Source: an uncultured Fibrobacterota bacterium
Lineage (GTDB): Bacteria > Fibrobacterota > Chitinivibrionia > Chitinivibrionales > FEN-1185
DNA length: 64,000 nt
Reading direction: 5' to 3'
Assembly: GCA_963753345.1 (NCBI GenBank)
Contig: CAVWBU010000049.1
Location: 32,001 to 96,000 of the forward strand
In this document: positions 60,550-64,000 of the stretch, one piece after another
Layout: each line of letters opens with the position of its first letter
How positions within the stretch are numbered: position 1 is the stretch's first letter
The notes under the pieces: model-generated
Seen by the model: the letters and a program-made list of their open reading frames with translations, nothing else
Told to the model about the DNA's origin: nothing
Database searches by the model: none
Program-made: the position numbers and the translations under genes

Positions 60550-62547
60550 ATGAACACCGCGTTTTCCCGGTATCCCGCAGCGATGAAAAAGGAGGAATTC
60601 CTCCCCGTGGCGTACCGCTGGATGTATTTGTCAAGAAAGCTCGAAGAAAGGATCGTCGAGCTTTACAAGAAGCGGTACGTGAAGGGAACCGTGACGCTCG
60701 GCATCGGCAACGAGGCGACGGCCGTGGGCATGAGCGCGCCGCTGCGGCCGAAAAAAGACGTGCTCGCGCTCATGCAGCGCGATTTCGTTGCGCACCTGAT
60801 CATGGGCGAGACGCCGTACCGCCTGCTGTGCCAGTACATCGCCAATGCCGACAGCCCCACGCACGGACGCGAGGGGAACGTGCACCACGGCAACGCGGCC
60901 GAGCGCCGCTTCCCCATGATAAGCCATTTGTCGAACATGCTGTCACTTATTGTGGGCGGAACCTGGAGCGCGCGGAAAAACGGCGAGGATGCGGTCGGGC
61001 TCGCCGTCATCGGCGACGGCGGCAGCAGCAAGGGCGAATTCCACGAGTCCATCAACATCGCGTCGGTGCTCAAGGTGCCGGTGCTGTTCCTTATCCAGAA
61101 CAACCACTATTCCTATTCAACGCCCACCAAACTCCAATACGCGTGCGAAAAGCTCTCGGACCGGGCCGGCGGATACGGCATCAAGGGAAAAACCATCGAC
61201 GGCACCGACGTGTGGGAAGTGTATTCGGCGGTGTGCGCCGCGCTTGACGAAATGACCGCCACGTCGCTTCCGTACATTCTCGAATGCATGACGCTGCGTC
61301 TCGAAGGACACGCCGTGTACGACAAGGCAGAATATGTTACCAAAGAGGAGCGTGACGAGTGGCTCACCCGCGAGCCGCTGATGCAGGCGCGGCGCGCGCT
61401 GCTTGATAGCGGATGCGCCGAGGCGGCCGTTGCCGGCATCGAGCGGCAGGCGGAGGAAGAAGCCGAGGCTGCGGTGCGGAAGGCGCTTGTGCCGCCCAGG
61501 CCGGACCCGGTGATAACCGCGGGCGCGGTGTTCGCGGAAAGCAAGCCGTTCCCCGTGTGCAAGCCGTTTTTTGCCGGGAAGGTTAAGTTCATCAACGCGG
61601 TGACGCTTGCGCAGGACTACCTTCTCGCCAACGAACCTTCGGCCGTGCTCCTGGGACTGGACATCGGGCCGTACGGCTCCGCGTTCAAAACGTGCAAGGG
61701 ACTCTTTGACAAGTACGGAAGGGGCCGCGTGATGGACATGCCGCTCGCCGAGTCGGCCATTGCCGGGTTCGCGCTTGGCGCATCGCAGACAGGCTCGCGT
61801 CCCATCATCGAATTCCAGTTCGCCGATTTCTCGACCGAAAGCGTCACCCAGCTCGGGCTCAACGCCGGCACCTGGTATTTCCGCAGCGGCAGGGAAGCGC
61901 CGCTGCTCGTGAGGCTTCCCTGCGGCGGCGGCATCACGCTCGGCGCGTTCCACTCCGGCGAGTTCGAGGGACTGTGGTCGAGGTTCTGCGGCGTCAAGCT
62001 TTTGTATCCCTTTACGCCGCAGGAAATGTTCGAAGCGCTCGTGGCAGGTTTCTACGACCCGAACCCGTGCCTTGTGTTCGAGCACAAGCTGCTGTACGGA
62101 AGCGCCAAGGGGTCGGACATCGACTTCGACGGCGACCTTTCGAAAGTCTGGAAGGAGCGTCAGTACGCCGCCGGGACGGATTGCACCGTGGTGGGAATCG
62201 GCGCCATGCTCGACGTTGCGATGGCGGCCTGCGGGGATCTGGGCGGCAGCTTCGACATCTTCAACCCATTCGTCCTCAACCCGCTGAAGCCTTCACAAAT
62301 AATACAATCGGTGAAGAAGACGGGCCGGCTGTGCGTGGTGCAGGAAAGCACGGCAAGCGCAGGACTCGGCGACAGGATTATTTCCACGGTGTGCAGGGAA
62401 TGTTTTTCCTTTTTGAAAAGAGCGCCCGTCCTCGTGAGCGCGCCCGATATGCCGGTGCCGTTTGCGCCCGAGCTTGAAACGCTGTACCGGCCGGGCCGGG
62501 ACCGGGTGAAAGAGGCCATTTCAACATTGACAGGAGATTCACGGTGA
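60550..62547 (+). CDS. Fused 2-oxoacid dehydrogenase E1 alpha/beta
   Basis: ThDP motif GDG...QNN, RLEGH, PLAESAIAG, EFQFADF, HSG; start may be 60583. Confidence 0.9.
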   Translation: MNTAFSRYPAAMKKEEFLPVAYRWMYLSRKLEERIVELYKKRYVKGTVTLGIGNEATAVGMSAPLRPKKDVLALMQRDFVAHLIMGETPYRLLCQYIANADSPTHGREGNVHHGNAAERRFPMISHLSNMLSLIVGGTWSARKNGEDAVGLAVIGDGGSSKGEFHESINIASVLKVPVLFLIQNNHYSYSTPTKLQYACEKLSDRAGGYGIKGKTIDGTDVWEVYSAVCAALDEMTATSLPYILECMTLRLEGHAVYDKAEYVTKEERDEWLTREPLMQARRALLDSGCAEAAVAGIERQAEEEAEAAVRKALVPPRPDPVITAGAVFAESKPFPVCKPFFAGKVKFINAVTLAQDYLLANEPSAVLLGLDIGPYGSAFKTCKGLFDKYGRGRVMDMPLAESAIAGFALGASQTGSRPIIEFQFADFSTESVTQLGLNAGTWYFRSGREAPLLVRLPCGGGITLGAFHSGEFEGLWSRFCGVKLLYPFTPQEMFEALVAGFYDPNPCLVFEHKLLYGSAKGSDIDFDGDLSKVWKERQYAAGTDCTVVGIGAMLDVAMAACGDLGGSFDIFNPFVLNPLKPSQIIQSVKKTGRLCVVQESTASAGLGDRIISTVCRECFSFLKRAPVLVSAPDMPVPFAPELETLYRPGRDRVKEAISTLTGDSR

Positions 62548-63866
62548 GCAACGACGTTTTCAGAATTCCGCTGTACCTGCCGTCGCAGGCGGCCGCCGAA
62601 ACCGAAGCGACCATCACCAAGTGGAACTTTTCGGCGGGCGATGCGTTCACAAAAGGCCAGATCCTCGGCGAAATCGAGAGCGCCAAGGCCTCGTTCGATT
62701 TCGAGGCGCCCTGCGACGGGACCGTGGTGAGGCTCATTTCAGTCGAGGGCGACACGGTGTCGTTCGAAGAGCCGGTGATGGAAATCGAGACGAGCGACGT
62801 GTCGATGAAAAACGCCATCCCCGCAGCTCAGGCGGCAAAGGCCGCGCCGCCCAGGCCGGCGCCGCGGCCAGCGGCCGCGGCTTCTTTCGCGGACAGCGGG
62901 CGGCAGGTGAGCATCCTGGGTATCGGTGGGTATCTGCCCGACCGTGTGGTTTCCAACAAGGAACTGCTGCGCGAGTTCCCGTCGGTCACCGAAGAGTACA
63001 TTTTCGGGGTCACCGGCATTCGGGAGCGGCGGTGGGCCAGGGACGGCGAGAAACCGTCCGACATGGCCTTTCATGCGTCAAGCGAGGCAATCCGCCGATC
63101 CGGGCTCGACCCGAAGGACATCGGCGGCATCATCGTCTCCACCGAGACGCCCGACATTACCATGCCGTCAACCGCGTGCATCCTGCAGGATATGCTCGGC
63201 CTGCGCGGGATTCCCGCCTTCGACCTCAAGGCCGCATGCTCGGGCTGGCTGTACGGCCTCACCCTGGCCAAGGGCCTCGTGCTTTCGGGCGTGGCCGACG
63301 ACATCCTGGTGACGGGCGTGGAGATGCAGTCGCAGCTCCTTGACAAAACAGACATGGGCACCTACTTCCTCTTCGGCGACGGCGCCGGCGCCGCCGTGGT
63401 GTCGGGCAGGCGGCCCGGCCACGCCATGAAACAGTCTATTCTCAAGGCCGATTCCAAGGGACTGCCGCTTGCAAGGCGGGCGGTTCCGGGCTTCAAGATA
63501 CCCTTGGGCTTGGAGAATCTCAACCCGTGGATACGGCTCGACGGCCATGCGCTGTTCCGCTTCGCCACCGGCGGGTTCGCCGCAATAATCCAGGACGTCA
63601 TTGCCGGCAGCGGCTGGAACCCGGAGGACGTGGGATGGGTGGTGCCTCACCAGGCCAACGCGCGCATCCTCAAGGCGGCGGCGCAGAAATGCGGCGTGCC
63701 GTTCGAGCGGTTCTACATCAACATCGACCGCCTCGGCAACACGTCGAGCGCGAGCATCCCGCTCGCACTGATGGATTTGCAGAAGGACCTCAAGTCAGGT
63801 GACAAACTCGTTTTATGCTCGGTCGGGGCGGGCGTCACCATTGCGGCGCTTACCGTGGAATGGTAG
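62544..63866 (+). CDS. Lipoyl-domain / FabH-type ketosynthase III fusion
   Basis: EIESAKASFDFEAP lipoyl-Lys motif, Ala/Pro linker, AACSG/PHQAN/GNTSSAS Cys-His-Asn triad. Confidence 0.9.
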   Translation: MSNDVFRIPLYLPSQAAAETEATITKWNFSAGDAFTKGQILGEIESAKASFDFEAPCDGTVVRLISVEGDTVSFEEPVMEIETSDVSMKNAIPAAQAAKAAPPRPAPRPAAAASFADSGRQVSILGIGGYLPDRVVSNKELLREFPSVTEEYIFGVTGIRERRWARDGEKPSDMAFHASSEAIRRSGLDPKDIGGIIVSTETPDITMPSTACILQDMLGLRGIPAFDLKAACSGWLYGLTLAKGLVLSGVADDILVTGVEMQSQLLDKTDMGTYFLFGDGAGAAVVSGRRPGHAMKQSILKADSKGLPLARRAVPGFKIPLGLENLNPWIRLDGHALFRFATGGFAAIIQDVIAGSGWNPEDVGWVVPHQANARILKAAAQKCGVPFERFYINIDRLGNTSSASIPLALMDLQKDLKSGDKLVLCSVGAGVTIAALTVEW

Positions 63867-64000
63867 AGTGGGGAAGGGTTTTAGGAGCGACCGGTAACGT
63901 CTAAGCCCATTTCATATTTTGTGTGCCACGAGCATCCTTGATCGTGGCGATGGTTCATGGTCTCGTTGAAAATCAAACGGTCAAGAGCACTGTCGTGGAC

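Noticed and set aside
1-64000. tRNA or rRNA genes
   Set aside because: No cloverleaf with T-loop consensus and no rRNA-like segment was noticed by eye. tRNAscan-SE and barrnap would confirm.

Overview
GC-rich bacterial chromosome segment, most likely Fibrobacterota (Chitinivibrionia-like). This is inferred from a TIGR02147-family gene and many secreted enzymes with a short T9SS/FlgD-like C-terminal domain. It carries housekeeping genes (folD, hppA, glgP, metK, larC, Hsp20, Nudix), secreted CAZymes and proteases (GH30, two GH16, expansin, S8, C59, LamG), an intact IS5-family element, a low-GC EcoRV-like R-M plus toxin-antitoxin patch, an orphan tailspike-like gene, an ECF sigma/anti-sigma pair flanked by three paralogous unknown secreted proteins, and an E1-alpha/beta plus lipoyl-FabH fusion operon. 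The most striking unexplained signal is a dense family of structured intergenic elements: 11 copies of unit B and 6 of unit A. They show compensatory base changes, freely exchanged hairpin arms and GNA-triloop/GCGAAGC hairpins, are often paired head-to-head on opposite strands, and carry a 27-nt sub-module that is always inserted after GCCGA. All family assignments are motif recognition by eye; no searches were run.
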